From Gammaproteobacteria bacterium (GTDB taxonomy: Bacteria > Pseudomonadota > Gammaproteobacteria > GCA-001735895), in NCBI GenBank assembly GCA_050298595.1, contig JBNKUM010000085.1:1-64000 (forward strand): a stretch of 64,000 nucleotides of DNA. The letters are read 5' to 3'. Both the position numbers and the translations under genes were made by a program. Shown here piece by piece: positions 49,416-58,810 of this stretch (positions are counted from its first letter, which is position 1; the number at the start of each line of letters is the position of its first letter). The notes beneath the pieces were generated by a model. The model was not told where the DNA came from and searched no databases. It saw only the letters and a program-made list of their open reading frames with translations.

Positions 49416-50258
49416 GGAAGGGTACTGGGCTATAGCGACAGGTCTTAAGTTGGTCACTATGTCAATGACGACATCAGCAAAAGCCTGTATAGCAAATCTT
49501 TTACCGAGCTACAGCCCGCGCACATCCTTATTAATGACGTGAGCATGATTGATGTTGCTGCCCCAGTTGTTTCTGGAGAAGAATTGATTGGCTGGGTACG
49601 AGTCGGGATCAGCCGCTCTGAAATGTCCAACAACCTTCAATACGTCACCATCAAAGGCTTGCTATATACCTTGATAGCGATATTGGTCGGAGCAGCCTTC
49701 GCCTGGGTGATTGCAAGAGGGTTAATCTCGTGTATCCAGCACATCATCAATCTCATGAAGTCACTCAAGCAGGGGGCAACGTGAAGTTAACTTCACGCTA
49801 AATAGACACGATGAGCTCGGCATTCTGAGCAGAGATATGACGGACGCTATTATTAAAGTAAATGCGCTGGATAAAGAGCTAAGCAATCTTTACGAGCGTA
49901 CACGAGTTACCTTACGTTCAACCTGAGGACAGCGTTTAATTTTATGGATCGACTGTTAAAGCTCAGCATGAGTTTCTCGCTGGATGATTTTGGTAGTGGC
50001 CTGTCTTCCTTCGCCTATCTTAAAAACATGCCGGTCTCGAGACTTAAGATAGATGGTAGTTTTGTGAGAGACATTACTACCGACTCAGTAGATGCAGCTA
50101 TGGTGCTGGCAATTGCACAGGTTAGCCAGAAAACTGGCATAAAAACCTTCGCTGAGTTTGTAGAAAATGAAGAGACATTACAATTACTGGAGGGCTATGA
50201 AGTGGACTTTGCTCAGGGTTATTATATTGAAAAACTGCACCCACTTAGTGATCTCTAA
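49416..50258 (+). pseudogene. Remnants of a membrane sensor-HAMP-(PAS)-EAL c-di-GMP protein
   Basis: Periplasmic/TM fragment with an in-frame stop, a frameshifted HAMP (RHDELGIL), the linker ERTRVTLRS, then only the EAL C-terminal half (LDDFGSG, LKIDGSF, AEFVE, AQGY). Confidence 0.75.
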
Positions 50259-50380
50259 CCCATATAGCTATAAAATAAAACAACTGTTTTTAGTCTATAA
50301 ATCACGCTAGAATAAACTGCAGTCATTAATAGAACTATGGATCTGAAGTTGTATCAACACATCAATGATTATATTTTTAT

Positions 50381-50456
<76 letters not shown>

Positions 50457-50566
50457 TCTTTTCCCTGCCGTCGTAAACATCCGACATAAACAACACAAAC
50501 ACCCAGCCAAGCTCAAAGGCCGATCAATGTTGGAAGACGTCGTTCCTCCTTTTCCAACCGACAATT

Positions 50567-51241
50567 CTACTCAACATCGGTTTTTCTACATAACTTCACT
50601 GAGATTGAAATCAAATAAATCGTGAGCCCAAAAGCAGGGAATAATGCCGTCATGCTATCCATAGCAATATAAGTCAACATACTGAACAACAACCACAGTG
50701 CTGATAGCAGGGAAAACAATGCTGGCAGACCTAATAGCAACATAAAAGCAATTGTCATAAACGCTAAAGAATCTGGCGTAGCTGCAAACACGGATAGCTG
50801 ACTCCAGATGCGTCCGCTTAATAATTCAGTGCCGGGCTGAACTATTAGAGTCATCATCCATAATAAAACCCCCAGATAGAAAAAAACAGCATCCGTTTGG
50901 GTTTTATTCTCTGGGTAAGAAAACAGGCCTGCCCATAGAATGAGTAGCACCTGAATAAAAATTATCACAATAAAATAATCAACTAACCAGTTGATCGCTG
51001 AGTAAAACTGCCACATAAATCCGTAACTACAGATCAGCCATAAAGGCACTGTGCTAAGAAATAGAATACGGATTAAAGAGCTTTGTGGTCTTAACAGAGA
51101 ATATAAAAAAATTATACCGTACAGATAAAACAACCACTGCCATGGTGATAACCATTGATTGTAAAGTTCAAACTGGCGCAGATAACTCTGTTCAGAAAAC
51201 AATAACAGGTCAGACAGTCGGTAAGATAACCAGTCCTGCAT
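50567..51241 (-). CDS. Multi-pass membrane protein (DUF6064-like)
   Basis: W.SYRLSDLLLFS...Y.RQFELYNQ N-terminus and about six TM segments; overlaps the upstream AKR gene by 1 nt. Confidence 0.6.
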   Translation of the reverse strand: MQDWLSYRLSDLLLFSEQSYLRQFELYNQWLSPWQWLFYLYGIIFLYSLLRPQSSLIRILFLSTVPLWLICSYGFMWQFYSAINWLVDYFIVIIFIQVLLILWAGLFSYPENKTQTDAVFFYLGVLLWMMTLIVQPGTELLSGRIWSQLSVFAATPDSLAFMTIAFMLLLGLPALFSLLSALWLLFSMLTYIAMDSMTALFPAFGLTIYLISISVKLCRKTDVE

Positions 51242-52176
51242 TACAACGACTGCACATAACTTAGCATACGTTGCCGCATCTCGGGATCAGGTAGTCGGCC
51301 ATAGCAGGCATCCATGTTTTCCAGCATGTGATCGACGCGAGATGTCGCTGGAATTGCACAGGTTATAGCTGGGTGAGAAACGATGAATTTAAGAAAAAAC
51401 TGCGCCCAGTTATGACAGTCAAAGTCCTTTGTCCAGGCAGGTAATGGATACCCCTGATACCTATCGAACAGCCCTCCCCTTCTAAAAGGTCGGTTCGCAA
51501 TCACTGCGACACCTTTTTCAAGCGCCAATGGCAGCAGGCGATGCTCAGCATCTCGGTTATCGATGTGATAGGTCAGTTGTACAAAGTCCAGCGGCAGGCT
51601 GTTCATAATATTTTCCACATCACGATGGCGTCGTCCATGCGAGGTGGTGATACCCACATATTGCAGTCTACCGTCTGCTTTCATCTGCAACAATGTATCC
51701 AGGTGTTCACGCCAGTTAACAAGGTTATGCACCTGATTCAAATTCAGTTTATCAACACCCCACAGCCTTTGAGAATCAGCAATCTGCTGTTTACCGTCCT
51801 GTTTACTTGAGGTCCACACTTTAGTCGCTGAAAATAATGGGGATGAGGTGCTACCGAGTTTGTTTATACAGTAACCCAGTACGGACTCTGCTGATCCATA
51901 CATCGGTGAAGAATCAACCAACCGTCCACCACGTTCAAAAAAGGTTTTCAACACCTCTACACGCTGGTTCCTCACCTGAGGGTCATTGCCCACATTAAAG
52001 GTAATATGTGAGCCCATACCAATAACAGGTAAACGCTGACCTGTAGAGGGAATAACTCGCGTAATCAGCGACTGTTCAGACTGCGCAAAGCCTGAGCGAT
52101 AAAAACTGGAAGCAAATCCCAGCAGAGCAATTTTTTTAATCCAGTCTCGACGTGATGTGGAAATTAAATCGCTCAT
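51241..52176 (-). CDS. Aldo/keto reductase with a twin-arginine signal
   Basis: SRRDWIK Tat-like leader and DSSPMYG, ATKVW, QVHN and IPATS motifs. Confidence 0.88.
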   Translation of the reverse strand: MSDLISTSRRDWIKKIALLGFASSFYRSGFAQSEQSLITRVIPSTGQRLPVIGMGSHITFNVGNDPQVRNQRVEVLKTFFERGGRLVDSSPMYGSAESVLGYCINKLGSTSSPLFSATKVWTSSKQDGKQQIADSQRLWGVDKLNLNQVHNLVNWREHLDTLLQMKADGRLQYVGITTSHGRRHRDVENIMNSLPLDFVQLTYHIDNRDAEHRLLPLALEKGVAVIANRPFRRGGLFDRYQGYPLPAWTKDFDCHNWAQFFLKFIVSHPAITCAIPATSRVDHMLENMDACYGRLPDPEMRQRMLSYVQSL

Positions 52177-52194
52177 AGCACGCTCTCACTCCAT

Positions 52195-53250
52195 CTAAAA
52201 TGGTATCGGGTAGCGTTTAATCACTGCATTGATATCGTCCATCACCTGCTCAGACAAGACCAGTTCATAGGCATCAATATCCTCCTTGAGCTGTTCCATG
52301 GAGGTCGCACCTATAATCGTAGAGGTGACACCCTTGTACTGGTATATATAAGCGAGTGACATTTGCGTCAGAGACAATTGATGGCGCTGTGCAACTTCAT
52401 AATAGGCCTCAATGGCAGCGTGCGTACCCTCGGTATCTCGAAATAGACCGTTACGCTGCGACATGCTCCAGCGACTGCCTTCAGGCCTGGCACCATTGCG
52501 ATATTTTCCTGACAGGGCTCCGCCCGCTAAAGGTGACCATGGCAAATAAGCCACTTCATTCATCACACAGGTTTCAATCAGGTGTGGTGCATCCAGCATC
52601 AGGTGTATCAGATTAAATTCATTTTGAATAGAAACCATCTTTGGCAGGTTATGAATTTCAGCCAGCCGCAGATACTCATTAATGCCCCATGGCGTATCAT
52701 CAGAAAGTCCGCCGTGGCGGATCTTTCCAGCCTTAATGCAGTCATCAATAGCTGTTAGTATATCCAGATGTTCCGCTCGCTCTTTTTCTACATCGACTTT
52801 TTCGTAGTCCAGATGCTGTGGCCAGTGCTTGGAAAAATGAGGGCTAGTACGGTTAGGCCAGTGCAACTGATACACATCGATATAATCCGTCTGTAAACGC
52901 TTAAGCGAATCATCCACAGCCTGTTTAATGGTTTTACTGCTGATATTAGAGCCTCCACGTATCCATGGCAGGCCAGCACCAGCAATCTTGCTGGCAATCA
53001 CCACATCCTGACGTTTTGTGGGGTTTTTAGAGATCCAGCTACCGATACAGGTTTCGGTGGTGCCGTAGCTATCCGCTGTTGGAGGTACTGCGTACATCTC
53101 TGCAGTATCGATAAAGTTAATACCCTGCTCTAACGCATAATCAATCTGCTCACAAGCATCCTCAACGGTATTCTGGCTACCCCAGGTCATAGACCCAAGA
53201 CATACCTCTGAAACCTGTAAATCACTGCTACCCAGTTTTGTGTATTTCAT
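52195..53250 (-). CDS. tas: Aldo/keto reductase, Tas-like
   Basis: CLGSMTWG.QN, GINFIDTAEMY, LQTDYIDVYQLHWP, WSPLAGG and IIGAT motifs. Confidence 0.8.
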   Translation of the reverse strand: MKYTKLGSSDLQVSEVCLGSMTWGSQNTVEDACEQIDYALEQGINFIDTAEMYAVPPTADSYGTTETCIGSWISKNPTKRQDVVIASKIAGAGLPWIRGGSNISSKTIKQAVDDSLKRLQTDYIDVYQLHWPNRTSPHFSKHWPQHLDYEKVDVEKERAEHLDILTAIDDCIKAGKIRHGGLSDDTPWGINEYLRLAEIHNLPKMVSIQNEFNLIHLMLDAPHLIETCVMNEVAYLPWSPLAGGALSGKYRNGARPEGSRWSMSQRNGLFRDTEGTHAAIEAYYEVAQRHQLSLTQMSLAYIYQYKGVTSTIIGATSMEQLKEDIDAYELVLSEQVMDDINAVIKRYPIPF

Positions 53251-53370
53251 ATCTGTTTAACCTAGATAAATTTATCTGTGCAATCCTGACAGTCTAGAAT
53301 AAAGGCAAACTAATGAAAAATACACCCACAGAAAGAAGTAGCACTAATTTCAGGTTGATATAACAAAGCT

Positions 53371-53901
53371 TCAGTTAAATACTCCGTCATCCAGTTTATC
53401 AGTGATCTCGGTGTTCACCTCTTCAAATCGAAGAATTTTGACACCCTTATGATCTTTCAGGAGTTCCTTTGCATCATCAAGCGTTTCCAGTGGGATTAAT
53501 TCATGTCCCATTGGCCCAAGCACGTCGGAACCAATCACATAATAGGCTTTATGAGCATCGATGAGTGACACGCTATAGTATTCGGTAACACCTATTGAAG
53601 CTATATTCTTTAACTCGTGTCCTGGCGCCCATTTAGGCAAATCATTTAAATACTTAAATAGATCTTTGGCACCATCAAAATGATGAGCATGACCATTTTT
53701 ATACAGCACTGTAGCAACCCAGTCAGGATATTTTGCCACAAACATGCCACACACTGGACAGGTGTCCTTGATACCGGGCTTTGGTAAATCTATCGGTTCA
53801 GACCTCACCGAAAATGATACCGTGAACAGTAAACAAATAAATAGCCAGGATATTTTTTGAGATTCAATCATATTTCTTTCAGCTTTAAGTTGAGAGAACA
53901 C
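53371..53901 (-). CDS. nosL: NosL-family metal-binding protein
   Basis: CPVCGM, FDGAKD and YVIGSDVLGPMGHELIP motifs; signal peptide. Confidence 0.82.
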   Translation of the reverse strand: MFSQLKAERNMIESQKISWLFICLLFTVSFSVRSEPIDLPKPGIKDTCPVCGMFVAKYPDWVATVLYKNGHAHHFDGAKDLFKYLNDLPKWAPGHELKNIASIGVTEYYSVSLIDAHKAYYVIGSDVLGPMGHELIPLETLDDAKELLKDHKGVKILRFEEVNTEITDKLDDGVFN

Positions 53902-53924
53902 AGAGGGACATATCCCCTCTGTGT
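53898..53924. terminator. Intergenic hairpin
   Basis: ACACAGAGGG-ACATATC-CCCTCTGTGT between the two NosL-family genes. Confidence 0.4.
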
Positions 53925-53938
53925 CAGTCAGCTATTAA

Positions 53939-54622
53939 TTAACCACTCTTCTTCATTTTCATTTGCATCATTTTTTTGCGCTTTTCAGCACGGTTTTTTC
54001 TGATCATCATAGTATTGCTTGCCATGCCCAGATAGGCCTGTGTCAGCGCTTCATTAAAATCACCCAGTTCGCCACCTTTGTCGGCTTGTACTGCCTTAGC
54101 AGTATCCAGGGATGCAAATGCCATGCTGCTCTTCTTACTCATGGTGCCTTTGAGTTTTGAGCCAATCAGATAGGTGACCTTATCAACATTCACAAGCGGT
54201 TTGACTTTCTCACTGGAACCAAAGTCTGGTGCATAGATCGCCCTGGGGCCACGATCAATATTCAGAGATAGACTAATAGCCATACAATGAAGTGAACAGG
54301 TTCCATCAGCCAGTCCATCATCGTAGTGCACCAGATGGCGGCTATGATTAAACATGGTACGGTTCATACCGCAATAGGGGCAGGTAGGGTATTTTTTGAG
54401 CTCATTCGCAAGTGGGTTATCGTCTGGGGCAGTCTTAGGGATAAACTGCAAAGGTGTTCCATCTCCTTCACATGACTTACCCGATGCCTTCACCCATCCT
54501 TTTCCAGGAATCATGGCTCCAACATTACTATCAGCCATAGCGGTAAAAGTAAAACCACCCAGGCCAATAGCGGCAATGGCTTTCATCATGTCTCTACGAT
54601 CATTACTGTGTTTTTCACTCAT
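53939..54622 (-). CDS. NosL-family protein with a Tat-like leader
   Basis: DRRDMMK leader and CPYCGM, CSLHC and YLIGS...GTM....AF motifs. Confidence 0.78.
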   Translation of the reverse strand: MSEKHSNDRRDMMKAIAAIGLGGFTFTAMADSNVGAMIPGKGWVKASGKSCEGDGTPLQFIPKTAPDDNPLANELKKYPTCPYCGMNRTMFNHSRHLVHYDDGLADGTCSLHCMAISLSLNIDRGPRAIYAPDFGSSEKVKPLVNVDKVTYLIGSKLKGTMSKKSSMAFASLDTAKAVQADKGGELGDFNEALTQAYLGMASNTMMIRKNRAEKRKKMMQMKMKKSG

Positions 54623-54684
54623 ATGAGTTTCTCCTTTTTTGATTTAAAAAATAAATACAACCTGGTTGTCGGTAGTAAATGGTT

Positions 54685-55197
54685 TCATAACAATGAGGTG
54701 ATTATCTGTTCAAATACTTCGGCCGGTGTTTCTCCTAACAAACGGGTGTGCAGGTTTCCATCTCTATCAACGATTAAAGCCGAAGGTAATGTTGTGGTCG
54801 CATAGTTCTTTGCTACGCCCCCTTTATCATCCAGCAAAACTTCATAGGTAAGATTCAGGCCATCGATAAAAGCCATCGCTGTCTGTTTATCCTGATCAAT
54901 ATTAAGTGCAAGTACGGCTAAGCCCTGCCCTCGATATTTTTGATAGATTGTCTCGAAGTCACGCAACTCCTTTTTACAACTGGGACACCAGTCCGCCCAG
55001 AAACTTATTAACACCACCTTGTTATTAAAGCCATCAGGAAAATCAACGCTTTGCTGCTGCAAGTTTTTTAAACTAAATGGTGGTGCTGGCTGCCCTTTTA
55101 CCAGAGATGCTTCATTATTACTACAGGCTGTCATCAGCAGTGAAGCAAAAAATATTATTAAAAATGGAAGCTTAATGACTTGCATTGCTACCACCAT
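54685..55197 (-). CDS. TlpA/ResA-like thiol-disulfide oxidoreductase lipoprotein
   Basis: Lipobox MTAC and FWADWCPSC active site. Confidence 0.88.
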   Translation of the reverse strand: MVVAMQVIKLPFLIIFFASLLMTACSNNEASLVKGQPAPPFSLKNLQQQSVDFPDGFNNKVVLISFWADWCPSCKKELRDFETIYQKYRGQGLAVLALNIDQDKQTAMAFIDGLNLTYEVLLDDKGGVAKNYATTTLPSALIVDRDGNLHTRLLGETPAEVFEQIITSLL

Positions 55198-56195
55198 ACC
55201 GACTGCATGGTCAACGACGACTGCAAGACCCAGTAGGTAGACATGGCGTAGAAAACCACAAAAAGAATAAGCGATATATAGGTAATGCGAGAGCTATCTA
55301 CTGCTACCGCCTGCTTGAGACTAGGGATGTTGCCCCAGGGCGAAATTACCCCTGCCGCCAGCGCCATAGAGGCGGCCAAAAACAGAGGGATATATAAAGT
55401 GTAACCTGCGTAGTCATGCCCTGATTTCAAGATACAAAATGGGCAATGATGATGAGGGTGCTCATAGATATATAGTGAGATATAAGAGACTATTGCAACC
55501 AGTGCTGCAACAAAAGCAGCCAAAGCTGATAGCGCAAACATCAAGCCGCCTTTGTTTCGAAAAAGAAATAAAGTACCCGTTAGCATGACCACCAGCCCGG
55601 ATCCATACAATGCAACAATAGCCTGACCTGGTGATAAGCTGGAAACCTCTGCTGCTACACCTTTAGCATCTGCTGAAAATAAGGAGCCACAGCAAGAGGT
55701 GATGACGTCAGGATCCATTTCCAGGAAATAGCGTGCCTGTACATAAAACTCAGCCATCACTAGCGGGAGGATGAGAAGCAATAGCCAGTACTTAACCCTG
55801 ACTAATGGATAGTCATACCCCTGATTATCCAGGTAGTTAAGTGCCAGCCAGATGCTACCGATGAAGAATATCCCTATTTTCAGAAACAATGTCGGCCAGC
55901 CCCAGACATTCACATTCAGTACACCGGTGGCGCACATGGCTCCAACAAACTGCCCCGACATGGATTCAGCGTTATAAACAAACAGTAGCAACGAAATCAG
56001 TTCAGAGATAAACACCATCGCTAGCAATGTGGATATCAAATAGGTACGTCGCTCCAGACGCAACTGTAATTCACTACCACTATTGATATCCCATGACCTT
56101 AATATCCGAATAGCAAACATAGAGGCTAATACCAGCATTAAACTGATCACAGCAGAGACGATGAATAATGCAATAATGGCCGGATTAAGTAGCAT
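55188..56195 (-). CDS. Multi-pass membrane protein with Cys/His motifs
   Basis: GAMCATG, ITSCCG and EHPHHHCPFC within a hydrophobic protein. Confidence 0.7.
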   Translation of the reverse strand: MLLNPAIIALFIVSAVISLMLVLASMFAIRILRSWDINSGSELQLRLERRTYLISTLLAMVFISELISLLLFVYNAESMSGQFVGAMCATGVLNVNVWGWPTLFLKIGIFFIGSIWLALNYLDNQGYDYPLVRVKYWLLLLILPLVMAEFYVQARYFLEMDPDVITSCCGSLFSADAKGVAAEVSSLSPGQAIVALYGSGLVVMLTGTLFLFRNKGGLMFALSALAAFVAALVAIVSYISLYIYEHPHHHCPFCILKSGHDYAGYTLYIPLFLAASMALAAGVISPWGNIPSLKQAVAVDSSRITYISLILFVVFYAMSTYWVLQSSLTMQSVWW

Positions 56196-56895
56196 GATCA
56201 GTGTCTACTATCTCGCCATCGCGCATTTCAATCACCGTATCAACTACCGGCGAATCAAACACATCCGAATCGTGACTGGTCATCAAAATCGTTTTTCCTG
56301 ACTGTCTTAACTCGTCCATTAACCCCATCAATTCCTGCGACAGTTTTGAATCCAGGTTTGCCGTAGGTTCGTCGGCAATAACTATCTGAGGATTATTGAT
56401 TAAGGCTCTACAGATGGCTACCCGTTGCGACTCTCCACCTGATAGCCATTCAACCGGATTATCCTGCACGCGCTGCAAACCAAAGTGCGAAATAAGTGCT
56501 TCGGCTGATTTTTTAAGTTCACTGTGTTTCAACCCCAGCGGGTATGCTGGTAGCATGATATTCTCCTGCACACTCAGTCCCTGAATCAGGTTAAATTTCT
56601 GAAAGATAAAACCAAAGGTATGACGTCTGATATCAGTAAGAAAACGCTCGGGCAGCCCCGATAGAATCTTATCCTCCAGCATGATACGTCCTGAAGTAGG
56701 ACGCGACAGACAACCGATCATTGATAACAGCGTGGTTTTTCCTGAACCACTGGCACCTTTCAGGCAGCTGACTTTACCGGCTTCCAGTTGCAGAGAAACA
56801 TCCCTGATTGCACGGAACTCATTATGCCTGCCCTGATTAAATATCTTGTTGATATCGGTTAAAGTAATCAGCATGGTACTAGCGCATGATCGCAT
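56185..56895 (-). CDS. ABC transporter ATP-binding protein (LolD/MacB type)
   Basis: GASGSGKT, LSGGESQRVAI, ADEPTANLD and the H-loop. The start may be near 56874. Confidence 0.92.
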   Translation of the reverse strand: MRSCASTMLITLTDINKIFNQGRHNEFRAIRDVSLQLEAGKVSCLKGASGSGKTTLLSMIGCLSRPTSGRIMLEDKILSGLPERFLTDIRRHTFGFIFQKFNLIQGLSVQENIMLPAYPLGLKHSELKKSAEALISHFGLQRVQDNPVEWLSGGESQRVAICRALINNPQIVIADEPTANLDSKLSQELMGLMDELRQSGKTILMTSHDSDVFDSPVVDTVIEMRDGEIVDTDHAT

Positions 56896-58009
56896 CAGGG
56901 TCGGTGACCGATGCCTGCCAGATTGGAATGATAGTCGCTACGACATACGGAAAAACTGTAAAGAAGAATAACGTTGCTATCTGTAAACCATCAATAAAGG
57001 GGACCAGCTTGAACTGAGGATACAAGGTAGCCCAACCTTTAAGCACAGGTTCGAACAATACAGTAGTGCTATAAAAGACATGCAGATAAGCTAGCAGATA
57101 ACCGATGATGAAAGCCGTTAACGAAATAATAATACCCTCCCAGAATTTCATCCGAAGGATATCCCCTGACTCCCAACCAACGGCTTTTAAAATTCCAATC
57201 TCTCGTTTCTCTTCAGCTGATAATCCAGAAGCTTTATCCCAGGCAAAAATCACAAAAGCAAGAATTGAACCCATAAGTAATACAAATACAATACCCTGGC
57301 GCCAGGAGAAAACACTGTCATAGGTACGCAGTATCTCTTCGCGCAAAACCGGGCGCACATCAGGCAGTTTTTCAATCAGTTTCTCTGCCACTTTTCGTAT
57401 TTCACGTGGGTTACGAACTGATAATACGATATCGGTAAACTGACCCTCAGCTATTCCACTGATCACACGAAATGCTTTACTCGAAATCAATACCATATCA
57501 GTTGTGATCAGCTCAGATTGCTGACTAAAAAGCTCTTTAATCTGAAACGAGTAGGTATTGTTATTCGAACGAATGGTAAAATAATCACCGACATCCACAG
57601 TGAGCGCACGAGCAATACCCGCACCAAGAACCGCCTGAGTGGTATCTAGCTCCCGATCATCGGCAGCCATCACGGTATAGTTTGCCTTTACTACCGGATT
57701 GTAGAAGTAGCCCCATAGGCGACCTTTTTTGGAAGTTACACCTCGCAACTGACCTATTTTTTCAATATAGCTAGCGGGTATCAACGCCTGACGTCCAGCC
57801 TCAAGGCGCTGCACAATGATTTCTGGTGACTGCTGCAGGATAATGCCGGCCTCTTTCTTTAACGCATGAGTAAACAACATGGCCATAGCCAGCATGAAGA
57901 CGATTAATGTGTAAACCAGTAGTAGACCGAAATTCTTACCTTTCCTACGCAACAGAGAAGAAAGCGTAAAATCGATCAGGTAAGCCTGCTTACGCAAAAA
58001 AACCATCAT
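56879..58009 (-). CDS. FtsX/MacB-like ABC permease
   Basis: One TM, a periplasmic domain, then three TMs with REIGILKAVGW. Confidence 0.88.
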   Translation of the reverse strand: MMVFLRKQAYLIDFTLSSLLRRKGKNFGLLLVYTLIVFMLAMAMLFTHALKKEAGIILQQSPEIIVQRLEAGRQALIPASYIEKIGQLRGVTSKKGRLWGYFYNPVVKANYTVMAADDRELDTTQAVLGAGIARALTVDVGDYFTIRSNNNTYSFQIKELFSQQSELITTDMVLISSKAFRVISGIAEGQFTDIVLSVRNPREIRKVAEKLIEKLPDVRPVLREEILRTYDSVFSWRQGIVFVLLMGSILAFVIFAWDKASGLSAEEKREIGILKAVGWESGDILRMKFWEGIIISLTAFIIGYLLAYLHVFYSTTVLFEPVLKGWATLYPQFKLVPFIDGLQIATLFFFTVFPYVVATIIPIWQASVTDPDAIMR

Positions 58010-58296
58010 GGTGTTAACTGCGCAGGCGGTTGATAGAGAGACCCTGTAGGAAAATGATCAAAAGAAGCAGGAGAATTTTGAAAAGCTGAATGTCGATCTG
58101 ACAAAGACAGGTGGCGGGTATAACGAGCTTCAGTAAATAGAGCCAGATCGGATACCCCTAACTCGCTAACCAGCTTCGCACGTCGGTTCAACAACTCCAT
58201 AGATCTATGCTGGCGAATATTGGCATCTATAGCGGTCAGAAGAATTGCCACGAAACCTGTCAGGAAAAAAAGCGCAACAAAGGTGGGCTTACGCAT
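58006..58296 (-). CDS. Small membrane-anchored hypothetical protein
   Basis: N-terminal TM and LG.SDLALFTEARYTRH; first gene of the NosL/ABC operon with a 4-bp overlap. Confidence 0.7.
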   Translation of the reverse strand: MRKPTFVALFFLTGFVAILLTAIDANIRQHRSMELLNRRAKLVSELGVSDLALFTEARYTRHLSLSDRHSAFQNSPASFDHFPTGSLYQPPAQLTP

Positions 58297-58810
58297 AGCA
58301 GGATTTTGCTCTTTCGCTAGTGACTACTCAGAAGGCAGAATTATACCTATCAACAAAAAAATATAGAGTGACAAATTGTCGCAGGGAGTGCGTATCATCA
58401 CTGGCATGCTGCTACCCTGGAATTTGTTTGAGTATTACCTGAACCCATAGCTTCATGTCGGTTGCTGAAGTTAATCAAGCCACTTTCACAGATTACCCTT
58501 GTTCGTTATGCAGCAAACCAACTTGAGCACAGCATAAGGATTGCCTGACATCCTCATCCTTATTTGTGAAATAGCTACTTTACCTGAACAAACGGGTCGT
58601 ACATCCTGTGAAAACAGTGCTTTCTTGAGCTATGCTAATAAGTTAGAGGATAGTTAAAATTGATACAGGCAAGATTTGATTATGCTCTAAATTATCGACA
58701 TTCCAGCCCTGGCCGCAGGTTTTTCGATAACTGGCAGGCCCCTGAGGAAACATCTGCTTCCTTGATAACACTGTCACAACCCAAACGATATCTACAAAGA
58801 GGGTAAAGGT

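Noticed and set aside
53371-54622. Nitrous-oxide reductase (nos) cluster
   Set aside because: Only NosL-family genes are present; nosZ, nosD, nosR, nosF and nosY are absent from the window.
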